From contig BAABNI010000004.1 in NCBI GenBank assembly GCA_040365065.1, positions 80,854 to 144,853 of the forward strand: a stretch of DNA of 64,000 bases. Direction: 5' to 3'. Made by a program: the position numbers and the translations under genes. Every line of letters starts with the position of its first letter. Positions within the stretch are counted from its first letter, which is position 1. The stretch comes from Candidatus Pelagadaptatus aseana. GTDB lineage: Bacteria; Pseudomonadota; Gammaproteobacteria; Pseudomonadales; Cellvibrionaceae. Positions 28,813 to 37,300 of the stretch are shown piece after piece. Under the pieces are notes generated by a model. It was not told the DNA's origin and did no database searches. It saw only the letters and a program-made list of their open reading frames with translations.

Positions 28813-30040
28813 TTCCTTCTATGCCAGCTGCGAGCAGGTATTCCGTCCGGAGCTGCGCGGCAAACCGGTGGTGGTTCTGAGCAATAACGACTGCTTTGTG
28901 GTGGCTCGATCACAGCAGGCCAAAGAATTGGGAATCGGCGATCTGGTCAATTTTTTCAAGGTTGAACATATTCTGCGTGCCCATCAGGTAGCCATTTTCA
29001 GCAGTAACTACCCCCTATACGGCGACATATCGAGCCGGGTCATGCAGATCCTCAACACCTTTTCCCCCCGTCTTGAGGTGTACTCGATCGATGAAATGTT
29101 TCTCGATCTGCAGGGGCTGCAAGACAATCTTATTAACTACGGCCACAGCATCAGGCAAACGATCTGGAAGCAAACCCGCATCCCGGTGGGGGTTGGCATA
29201 GCCCCCACCAAAACTCTGGCCAAGCTGGCCAACCACGTCGCCAAGAAACACCGTCAGGCAACCGGAGTCTGCTTGCTCGACACCCCCGACAAATGGCAAT
29301 GGGTACTCAGACGCCTGCCCGTCAACAAGGTATGGGGGGTCGGATCTAGACTCAGTAAGCGTCTGGCGGAACTGGCCATCTACTCGGCCTGGGATCTGGC
29401 CACGGCGGATACCGCACAAGTGGGACGCCATACCAGCATCAATCTGGAGAGAACCATTGCCGAGCTCAACGGCGTTTCCTGTCTGGATCTGGAGGAACTG
29501 CCACCGGCCAAAAAACAGATTTACTGCTCGCGCGGGTTTGGCCAGAAACTGAACCAACTCGACCAGATTCTGCAGGCCGTGTCACTTTATGCCCGCCGTG
29601 CAGCGGAAAAACTTCGAGGCCAGAGCCATCTGGCCCAAGGGCTTCAGGTATTTCTGCAACCGGTCACTTCCGACATCGGCCAGCCCGGTCGCAGTATGAC
29701 CATTCGGCTCGAGTATCCGACGGATGACAGCCGCACCCTCACTCACGCCGCCAAACAAATCGTGCGGAACATTTATGCGCCCGGCTATCAGTACATAAAA
29801 GCCGGTGTCGGCCTGATTGACTTAATCGACAAAAAACATTTGCAGCAGGATTTTTGGCAGCCCGCCATGTCAGATCAGCTGATGCACGTGATCGACTCCG
29901 TCAACAGCCGCTATGGGAAAGGTACCTTGCATCTGGCCTCTGAGGGATTCAGCAAAAAATGGTATATGAAACAGCGCTATACCTCACCGGCCTACACCAC
30001 GGAATGGCAAGACCTGCCCAGTATCCGGTGCTCCGATTAG
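28790..30040 (+). CDS. umuC: UmuC, Y-family DNA polymerase V catalytic subunit
   Basis: 416 aa. The N-terminus MLALVDCNSFYASCEQVFRPEL matches the canonical UmuC start. SIDEMFLDL is present. Confidence 0.9.
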   Translation: MLALVDCNSFYASCEQVFRPELRGKPVVVLSNNDCFVVARSQQAKELGIGDLVNFFKVEHILRAHQVAIFSSNYPLYGDISSRVMQILNTFSPRLEVYSIDEMFLDLQGLQDNLINYGHSIRQTIWKQTRIPVGVGIAPTKTLAKLANHVAKKHRQATGVCLLDTPDKWQWVLRRLPVNKVWGVGSRLSKRLAELAIYSAWDLATADTAQVGRHTSINLERTIAELNGVSCLDLEELPPAKKQIYCSRGFGQKLNQLDQILQAVSLYARRAAEKLRGQSHLAQGLQVFLQPVTSDIGQPGRSMTIRLEYPTDDSRTLTHAAKQIVRNIYAPGYQYIKAGVGLIDLIDKKHLQQDFWQPAMSDQLMHVIDSVNSRYGKGTLHLASEGFSKKWYMKQRYTSPAYTTEWQDLPSIRCSD

Positions 30041-30047
30041 CGCTGCG

Positions 30048-30082
30048 TCAACTGCCGCCGATATTGTCCGGGAGGCAAAACG
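30048..30082. repeat. Left copy of a 35-nt direct repeat flanking the toxin-antitoxin cassette
   Basis: TCAACTGCCGCCGATATTGTCCGGGAGGCAAAACG is 33/35 identical to 30773-30807. On the minus strand it reads ...LPPGQYRRQL..., a remnant of an AraC-type C-terminus. Confidence 0.75.
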
Positions 30083-30159
30083 CTGCCAAGAAAGATAAAC
30101 CAGCGTGCCAGAAGCGACATTATGGGCCTTGAATAATAATGGCATCCGACCGCCACGCC

Positions 30160-30176
30160 GTATTACAATGTAATAC
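30160..30176. promoter_or_regulatory. Probable antitoxin operator / promoter -10
   Basis: GTATTACA-A-TGTAATAC is a perfect 8+1+8 palindrome, 24 nt upstream of the antitoxin ATG. It contains TACAAT (-10-like). Confidence 0.5.
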
Positions 30177-30199
30177 ATCAATTCCAAGGAGATGAGTTT

Positions 30200-30466
30200 A
30201 TGAGTATAACCAGTGTCCGCCTGACTGATGATGTAGAACGTCCCCTTGAACACCTTTCAAAGAAAATGGACAGAAGCAAAAGTTATCTTATAAATCAGGC
30301 TGTTAGAGAGTTTTTGGCACGCCAATCTATCGAGGAGAGCCGCTGGGAGCAGACTCTTGAAGCAATTGATTCCATCAACAAGGGCAATGCTGTTGATGAA
30401 GACGACGTAAATGCCTGGCTAAATAGCTGGGGCACAGAACAGGTAATGGATTCGCCAAAAGTATGA
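30200..30466 (+). CDS. Ribbon-helix-helix (CopG/ParD-type) antitoxin
   Basis: 88 aa. MSITSVRLTDDVERPLEHLSKKMDRSKSYLINQAVREFL is an RHH fold signature. 4-nt overlap with the toxin gene. Confidence 0.75.
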   Translation: MSITSVRLTDDVERPLEHLSKKMDRSKSYLINQAVREFLARQSIEESRWEQTLEAIDSINKGNAVDEDDVNAWLNSWGTEQVMDSPKV

Positions 30467-30753
30467 AGTTGGAATATTCGCCTCAATCCATTTTGGATTT
30501 GCAGCGCCTCCATGATTTTGTTGCCGATAAAAACCCCTTAAGTGCACGCAAAATTGCTATTGAGATTCAGGAAGCCGCACAAAAACTGAAGAGTTTTCCC
30601 CAAATAGGCCTTCCTGTTTCACGTGCTGATGCCTCTAAAAACATTCGCGACCTCTATGCCGGAAATTACACAATAAGATATTTGGTTTCTACAGATGAGG
30701 TTATTTCAATTTTGCGCATTTGGCACAATAAAGAAGAGGAAAAGGATCTGTAA
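30463..30753 (+). CDS. ParE/RelE-family toxin
   Basis: 96 aa. SILDLQRLHDFVADKNP...FPQIGLP...IRDLYAGNYTIRYLV..DEVISILRIWHNKE matches the ParE-type toxin pattern. Confidence 0.75.
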   Translation: MKLEYSPQSILDLQRLHDFVADKNPLSARKIAIEIQEAAQKLKSFPQIGLPVSRADASKNIRDLYAGNYTIRYLVSTDEVISILRIWHNKEEEKDL

Positions 30754-30761
30754 ATAAGCGG

Positions 30762-31778
30762 TTACCTATCCATCAACTGTCGCCGATATTGTCCGGGAGG
30801 CAAACCGGTCCACTGCTTAAAAGCACGATTAAAAGTACTTTGTTCGGAATAGCCTAACAGCAGAGCAATCTCCACCAGACTCAAGCCCTGCTGCTGCAGA
30901 TAGCGCGCCCCCAGGTTCTCCCGCAGCCCATCGAGCAGTAACTGATAGGATAAATTGAATTGCGCCAGACGTCGCTGCAGGGTTCTTGGCGACATACTCA
31001 TGGCGCGAGCCACCTCATCAATCGTGGCGCTGGCTCTGGGGATCAGTCGCAACAACACCTCCTGCAACTGCTGTAAAAACGGCGTCCTGTCGGCCACCAC
31101 TTCACTGAATGCCTGAGCCTGCTGAATCTGCATGGAGCGCAAACCCGACGGCAAGTCGCCCTGCTCGGTCTGACAGGCCTGTTGATAATCGATGCTGATA
31201 CCGGGATTTTCCGAACCAAACTCAACCGGACAACCAAAAAAGGCCTCGAACGGAGCAACGTTCTCCGGTCTGGATTCGGTTAAAGCCACCTTTAATAAAT
31301 TTATCCGGGTGGGAAAGCGCTGTCGGGAAAAACAAACCAGCGTGGCCAGAGCAACCCGGACAAACAAGCCATTGGCATCGCCCAGACGATCCGGCCAGGA
31401 CAGGGTATAGCAGCCATCAGCAAGCTTCAGCTGACTGAAGCGCACGCCGTAAAAACGCTGCTCACAGCGACTGTAGGTTTGCAAAGCCTCGGCCGGTGTC
31501 TCACAGTTGAGTACCAGATAACCCAGCACCCCCACATTGGCCAGAGTGGCTCTGCCGCCAATTTCCAGCCCAAAGTGAGGCTCGTTACTGTAGACCTCCG
31601 CTCGCGCCAGCAGCGCTTTCCACTCTTCTACCGGCAGACTGTCACGCCGGGATGCCTGTACCAGATCATTGACCAGAGAAACGTCATTGATGGCTTGCTT
31701 ATCCAGCCACTCTTTGAGGATCAACGTAAACGCCCCGGACACTCTGATGATCAAAACTACCCCTCCGCACCACAACAA
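30762..31778 (-). CDS. AraC-family transcriptional regulator (paralog 3 of 3)
   Basis: 338 aa. C-terminal LVEIALLLGYSEQSTFNRAFKQWTGLPPGQYRRQ. Divergent from the TauD/hydratase genes. Confidence 0.8.
   Translation of the reverse strand: MLWCGGVVLIIRVSGAFTLILKEWLDKQAINDVSLVNDLVQASRRDSLPVEEWKALLARAEVYSNEPHFGLEIGGRATLANVGVLGYLVLNCETPAEALQTYSRCEQRFYGVRFSQLKLADGCYTLSWPDRLGDANGLFVRVALATLVCFSRQRFPTRINLLKVALTESRPENVAPFEAFFGCPVEFGSENPGISIDYQQACQTEQGDLPSGLRSMQIQQAQAFSEVVADRTPFLQQLQEVLLRLIPRASATIDEVARAMSMSPRTLQRRLAQFNLSYQLLLDGLRENLGARYLQQQGLSLVEIALLLGYSEQSTFNRAFKQWTGLPPGQYRRQLMDR
30773..30807. repeat. Right copy of the 35-nt direct repeat (inside the 3' end of the AraC gene)
   Basis: TCAACTGTCGCCGATATTGTCCGGGAGGCAAACCG encodes ...LPPGQYRRQL... 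at the C-terminus of the AraC regulator 30762-31778. Confidence 0.75.
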
Positions 31779-31897
31779 AGTTGGCGTGATATGCCAATAT
31801 TGGAAGATTCAGGTTGCCTACTATGCCTTAAACGCAACGCGGATTACCAACAACAATCACTCACTGTAACCCTCAAACCGAAACAAGAGACGACCCT

Positions 31898-32740
31898 ATG
31901 AGCATTACCGTAACCCCATCAGGGCAGGCCTGTGGCGCCGAAGTGCGCGGCGTTGACCTGACCCAACCGCTGTCCGAAGAGCAGATCACCGAGATCAAAC
32001 AGGCCTGGTCCGAGCACCATGTTTTGGTGTTTCCCGATCAGGATCTCAGCGATGATGATCTGGAATCATTTACCCGGTATTTTGGCAATCTCGACGATGA
32101 CCCCTTCTTTCGTCCCATTGAGGGTCGCCGCTATATCGCCGCCATCCACCGTTACGCTAATGAGACCACTCCGATTTTTGCAGAATCCTGGCACGCCGAC
32201 TGGAGCTTTAAAGAGCAACCACCCATCGGCACCTGCCTGATGGGCGTAAAAATTCCCCCCGAAGGCGGCGACACTCTGTTTGCCAATCAGCATCTGGCCT
32301 ACAAAAATATGCCCGATGAACTGAAAGCAAAAATTGATGACCTGATTGCCATCCACTCAGCCAAACTCGCCTACTCCCCTGAAGGCCTGTATGGCAACCC
32401 GGACCCAGACGCCAGAAGCGGAATGAAACCGATCATCTCCGACGAAGCCTACAAGACTCAGAGTCACCCGCTGGTTATGACCCACCCCGAGAATGGCCAA
32501 AAAGCCATTTATGGCTGCATTGGTTATACCCTGGGCATTGAGGGCATGAGCCAGGAAGATGCGGCTGAATTACTGATGGAGCTGCACCAGTGGCAAACCA
32601 GCGAAGGTAATGTCTATCGCCATAAATGGCAGGAAAACATGCTGATCATGTGGGATAACCGCTCGGTACTGCACGCCGCCACCGGCGGTTTTGAAGGCCA
32701 TGAGCGCCTGTTGCATCGCACCACCATCTGGCCGCAATAG
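31898..32740 (+). CDS. TauD/TfdA-family Fe(II)/2-oxoglutarate-dependent dioxygenase
   Basis: 280 aa. The HxD motif lies in WHADWSF, with a distal His in VLHAATGG and R in HRTTI. Confidence 0.75.
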   Translation: MSITVTPSGQACGAEVRGVDLTQPLSEEQITEIKQAWSEHHVLVFPDQDLSDDDLESFTRYFGNLDDDPFFRPIEGRRYIAAIHRYANETTPIFAESWHADWSFKEQPPIGTCLMGVKIPPEGGDTLFANQHLAYKNMPDELKAKIDDLIAIHSAKLAYSPEGLYGNPDPDARSGMKPIISDEAYKTQSHPLVMTHPENGQKAIYGCIGYTLGIEGMSQEDAAELLMELHQWQTSEGNVYRHKWQENMLIMWDNRSVLHAATGGFEGHERLLHRTTIWPQ

Positions 32741-32751
32741 GGAATCACGCC

Positions 32752-33462
32752 ATGAGCAACGCCATAGCAGCGATCAGCAAGACCATTTCCGAACGTCGAC
32801 CACTGCCGGACCTGTGCTGCGATACTCTGGAAGACGGTTATCGCATGCAAAAAGCGGTGACCGCCAGCATCAACGACAATCTCGCGAAAGACCTGAAGGC
32901 CGGCGTCACCAATGCCGCCATGCAACAGCAATTGGGGCTCTCTGCTCCCTTGCTGGGTACACTCTACCAGCGCGGCAAGCTTGCCAGCGGTTGTGCGGTG
33001 GCGGTAGTCAAAGGCCAGCAACTGGAATTTGAAATAGGTGTTATGGTTGACGATCAGGGGCAACCCACCCATCTGGTCCCCACGGTGGAAGTGGTGTATC
33101 TGGCCTTCGAAGATCCCAGCGACTTCAGTATCGCCAATGTCGTGGCCGCCAATCTGGGCGCGGATCGCCACATCATCGGCAATGCCATTCCCTGGCAGGA
33201 AACACTGAGTGACATTGTCATCACCGTTTATCGCGACGGTCAGGAAATCGCGACGGCCCGCAACGAGTATTCTTTTGGCACACCGGCTGATGGGGTTCGC
33301 TGGATGGTTAATGAAGCCCGGCAACGAGGCCTGTGGCCATCAGCCGATCAGAGACTGCTGATGCTGGGAACCTGCGGTCAGGCAATTGACGCAGAGGCTG
33401 GTGATTACCGGGTTAAATTTGAGAAACTCGGTGAGGTAAACTTTACCGTGACGGAGCAATAG
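32752..33462 (+). CDS. 2-keto-4-pentenoate hydratase-like (FAH-fold hydratase/decarboxylase family)
   Basis: 236 aa. LKAGVTNAAMQQQLGLSAPLLGTLY resembles the K-G-T...Q..LG...P..G motif of MhpD-type hydratases. EFEIGV is present. Confidence 0.45.
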   Translation: MSNAIAAISKTISERRPLPDLCCDTLEDGYRMQKAVTASINDNLAKDLKAGVTNAAMQQQLGLSAPLLGTLYQRGKLASGCAVAVVKGQQLEFEIGVMVDDQGQPTHLVPTVEVVYLAFEDPSDFSIANVVAANLGADRHIIGNAIPWQETLSDIVITVYRDGQEIATARNEYSFGTPADGVRWMVNEARQRGLWPSADQRLLMLGTCGQAIDAEAGDYRVKFEKLGEVNFTVTEQ

Positions 33463-33590
33463 AAAGGTGAGCACCGTAGCTAATTAATGAGGTAGATCCG
33501 GCCTTATGTGGAAGGATGGAATCATAAAAGTCTTTGGGTGCAAATCAACACCATCTGACAAAGTTTTTTGCTTAAATCATTGCTTAAAAC

Positions 33591-33627
33591 GAAAAAAGGC
33601 TAGTAGGTGTTAACCTGCTAGCCTTTT
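33591..33627 (-). terminator. Rho-independent terminator downstream of tRNA-Arg (bidirectional hairpin)
   Basis: GGCTAGTAGGT-GTTA-ACCTGCTAGCC, an 11-bp stem with one G-U pair. There is a 6-T run on the minus strand and a 4-T run on the plus strand. Confidence 0.7.
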
Positions 33628-33634
33628 CCTTATA

Positions 33635-33711
33635 TGGCGCACTCGGAAGGATTCGAACCTTCGACCGCTCGGTTCGTAGCCGAGTACTCTATCCAGCTGA
33701 GCTACGAGTGC
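33635..33711 (-). tRNA. tRNA-Arg (anticodon ACG)
   Basis: The reverse complement is GCACTCGTAGCTCAGCTGGATAGAGTACTCGGCTACGAACCGAGCGGTCGAAGGTTCGAATCCTTCCGAGTGCGCCA. It forms a cloverleaf with the anticodon loop CTACGAA, a TPsiC loop GGTTCGAATCC and an encoded CCA. It is very close to E. coli tRNA-Arg(ACG). Confidence 0.95.
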
Positions 33712-33913
33712 GTGATGGCGCGTATAATATGGATGCCCCCCGTTCAGGTCAAGCAGTAATTTCAAAAAAATGAAGTTTTTTTGAATACTGCCTAGATTCC
33801 ATACAGACCGGGAGTAATACCACTACAACACGATGATTTTTTAAGCAATTCAATAAGTTAGGTGTATTGAGAACGGGTAGTGGAGGATGACTCATACACA
33901 CATATCTGACTTA

Positions 33914-34297
33914 TCAAACCTGATCCGCAATCCCCTCCCATCCGGATTTGATGGTTTTAATCAGCTCGATACATTCACTGAAAGCGCTGTTGTCTTCGTC
34001 CAGATTGCCGCGAATCAAACGCAGCTGGATGTATTCGTACAGCCGGTCGAGATTTTGCGGGATATCCGACTCCATCTCCATATTGAGTGACTCACGCAGA
34101 CCTCCGACAATGCCCAGAGCTTTACTGAGAAAGGCACCTTTGGCCGAGATATCACCGCGCTCAGCACAGGCTTTGGCCTGAAGTAAACGCTCTATAGCGC
34201 CTTCAAACAACATCTGGATCAGCTCGTGGGGGGAAGCGTTAGCTACCTTGGTTTCCAATTCCAGAGAACGGTATTGCAGGGCTTGATTGTTTGGCAT
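33914..34297 (-). CDS. fliS: Flagellar export chaperone FliS (copy 1, downstream of fliD)
   Basis: 127 aa. ASPHELIQMLFEGAIERL...KALGIVGGLRESLN...NLDRLYEYI is the typical FliS four-helix pattern. Confidence 0.9.
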   Translation of the reverse strand: MPNNQALQYRSLELETKVANASPHELIQMLFEGAIERLLQAKACAERGDISAKGAFLSKALGIVGGLRESLNMEMESDIPQNLDRLYEYIQLRLIRGNLDEDNSAFSECIELIKTIKSGWEGIADQV

Positions 34298-34312
34298 GAC
34301 TATAGGTCCTGG

Positions 34313-37300
34313 TTAATCTTTCTTACTGTAGAGTGCGTTCAACACTTCAAATTGTTGCGCAATGTAATCCCGGGTTGAGTTCAGCTGCGATACCAAGATG
34401 TCGTTAAAAGCAAACTGTCGGGCCAGCTGAGTCTGAAAGGCCTCAATCCGGTCATCCAGAGCCTGACGATCCTCATCCAGTTCAGCCAGCTCATCCTGCA
34501 GGCCGCTTTGCTTGATCCCCAGACCGCCGTCGCTATCAAGGAAATCCTTGAGGAAATCCTCCAGTTGCGCGGCAATCCCTCGACCAAACTCAATTTCGCC
34601 CCGGTTACCCAGATTGCCACCCAAAACATTGATGCGCAGATCTTCAACGGGAGTTCCGGTAGCACCAACCAAACGCTGGCCACTGCCCAACGCGGCATAG
34701 CCACCGATGGTACCAGCGACACTGGTACCAGACTCGAAAGTAAAATCATCGTCGGTGGTTTCTACAAGCCCCAAACTGCTACTGGCAAAGTTATTGGGGC
34801 TCTTCACATGAAAGCTTACGTCATTACCAAAATCAATTTTAAAGCTGCCACCCTCAGTAGAACCGTCATAGGTCACAGTGGCCAGAGTCAGATCTTCACC
34901 CCGGACCAAGCCGGCCTCAATGCCAAAACCGTCCAGTGCGCCACTGCCGTCAAAACCGGAACTGTAGACCGCATCACCGGCAAACAGGTTGAGCGGATCC
35001 ACCATATTTTTTACTTCCAGTGAGGCGCCGCTGCCCACTGTGTCGGAAGTAATGACACCATTTTTGCTGTTGCTCTGAAAGTAGAGATTGTTGGCTCCGT
35101 CCAGCTCAACGGTAATATCACCCGCGGCAAAATCACTGCTGGCATCCAGCGCGGCATCGATCTGCCCCTGAATGTAGGCCTGCACTTCCGATATGGTATC
35201 CCCTGCTGCGCCATCGGCGTCCAGAGTGATATCAAAGTCGGTACCGGCCATACTCAGAGTAAACGTCGACGTATTGGCTCCCGAAAAATCTTCGGTGCCG
35301 GTTAATGCGGTAGCCCCCAGCGCCGTTTTGGCGCCCGAACCATCGGCAACCACATTAAGCGTTTCAGTGGGTCCGGTAGCCACGGTTTTCAACACCAAAC
35401 CGGTACCGGAACGATCGGCCACCAGATTACCGGCAAGCCCCGGCGTGGCATCAATCTGATCCTGTACGCTTTGCAAAATATCGTCGATGGCATCGGTATT
35501 GCCATCACCATCGATATCGGAGGCCGCCGTCCCATTGGCGTCGATCACCAGATCATAGCGGGTCCCATTGTACTCAACACCAAAGGCGCGGGGGTTCGCA
35601 GTAAAATCAATGGCGCCAGCGGTGATATCCACCGTACCAGCTCCGGTTTCAGCGCCTTTTCTGGCCGCAATAAAGTTGCTATCAGTGGCAATGGCCGTTT
35701 GTAAAGCCAACGCAATATCACTGCCATCATTACTGTTGATAGCCACCGATAAGGTATCAGACGTTACCCCGTTGGCTTCAATGGTAAATTCTGCCGTATC
35801 GTTGAGAGTTGAGCTCAACGCATCCGTTACTGATAAGGCGGACAGCTCTGTAAATTCACCGGAACCAGCGGACAGGCCAATGCTGGAGGCCATGGAAGAT
35901 TCGGCGGCAGACACAATAAAACCCAACTGCCGACCATCGCCGTTTTTCTCAAAACTCATGGTCAGCTTGCCAGTTTCCAAATCGCCCTCAAAAGCGACAT
36001 TGGCGGTCAAACCTTCCGCTTTGAAATTCGAGTCATCGTTAATGGCAGCCTGAATAGCCTGCGCCAGATCATCGCCACTGGAGTAGCTGCCATTGGCAAT
36101 CTGGATACTGTTGGAGGTCACCCCATCCACACTCAGGGTAAAATCATCGTTGCCGCCGTTGATGGTCACCGCACTGGCAAAATCATCGGTGGTTTTTAAC
36201 AGCGAAACGGTATCGCCTGAATGGCCACCCTGCTGCGGTTCACGCAGCCCTAACGTTAACGCGGTAGTGGTATCGGTACTGACAAACCCCAAATTGGAAG
36301 AGGCACCGTAACTGCCGGAAGTCAGTTCAAACCGCTGTTCTGCAGCGTTGTAATTCACCTCTACCGATTTACCGGCATCCTGAATATTAACGTCGGTATT
36401 GATGGCACTCTGTATGGCTTCAGCCAACTCATCACCCGTGTAGGTACCGCGTGCCAGAGTAATCTGATCGGAGTATTGGCTGTCTACCTGAACTTTGAAA
36501 CCATCGTTGCCTGCATCAATAACAAAGGGCTCTCCGGAAGTCGACAGGCCAAGCAACTGAGCCTGTTCCGCCACACGGGAAATAACAATTTCGTAGTCAC
36601 CGGCCTGAGTATCATTGGAGCTGCTGACGTAATCAATCAGCGAGTCTGTCGCGGTGGCACCAATGCCAAACAGGGTACTGAGTGACTCGGCATCGGACTG
36701 CAGGGCTGACTGAAACGTGCCACTGTCGAATATCAAAAGGCCGGTTTCACCGTTGGTGGAAATCCCCACCTCGGACATGGTCCTGAAGTCGGTACCATTG
36801 AGTGAACTGACCGCAGACGTCAGAATATTTTGCGAAGAAGTAATCAAGCGACGAATGGTATTATCACCGGTAAAAATACTGCCCAAGCCGGTATCGGGGT
36901 CAAAGGCAGTTAACCCATTCACGGTGGTTTTGAGTTCATTGTAAGCGTCTACCATGGTCTGCATCCGCTCGGTTACTGCCGCAGTATCCCGCTCTACTGT
37001 CAGGGTAACAGGGCCAGCACTGTCCTGCTTGAGGTTGAGCGTCAGACCATTAATTACCCCGGCCACCAGATTCGATTCACGGGTAATATCCAGACCATTC
37101 ACTTTAAATTCGGCGTTCTTGGCATCCACCGTCTGTAACATGGTGGTTGAGTCGTCATCGAAAGACAGGCTGTCGAGACCATTGGATGGGTTGTTAACCG
37201 AGACCGTAAAACCGTTATTTTCACCGGTTTCTTCTGAGGTAAAGAGCAAACGATAGCCACTGCCGGTATCAACAATGGTGGCTTCGATTCCCATATCCGC

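Noticed and set aside
4205-31778. Three AraC paralogs with the same domain layout, as a possible 'system'.
   Set aside because: They are dispersed, and each is paired with a different small catabolic cassette. This is the ordinary pattern for AraC/XylS-type local regulators.
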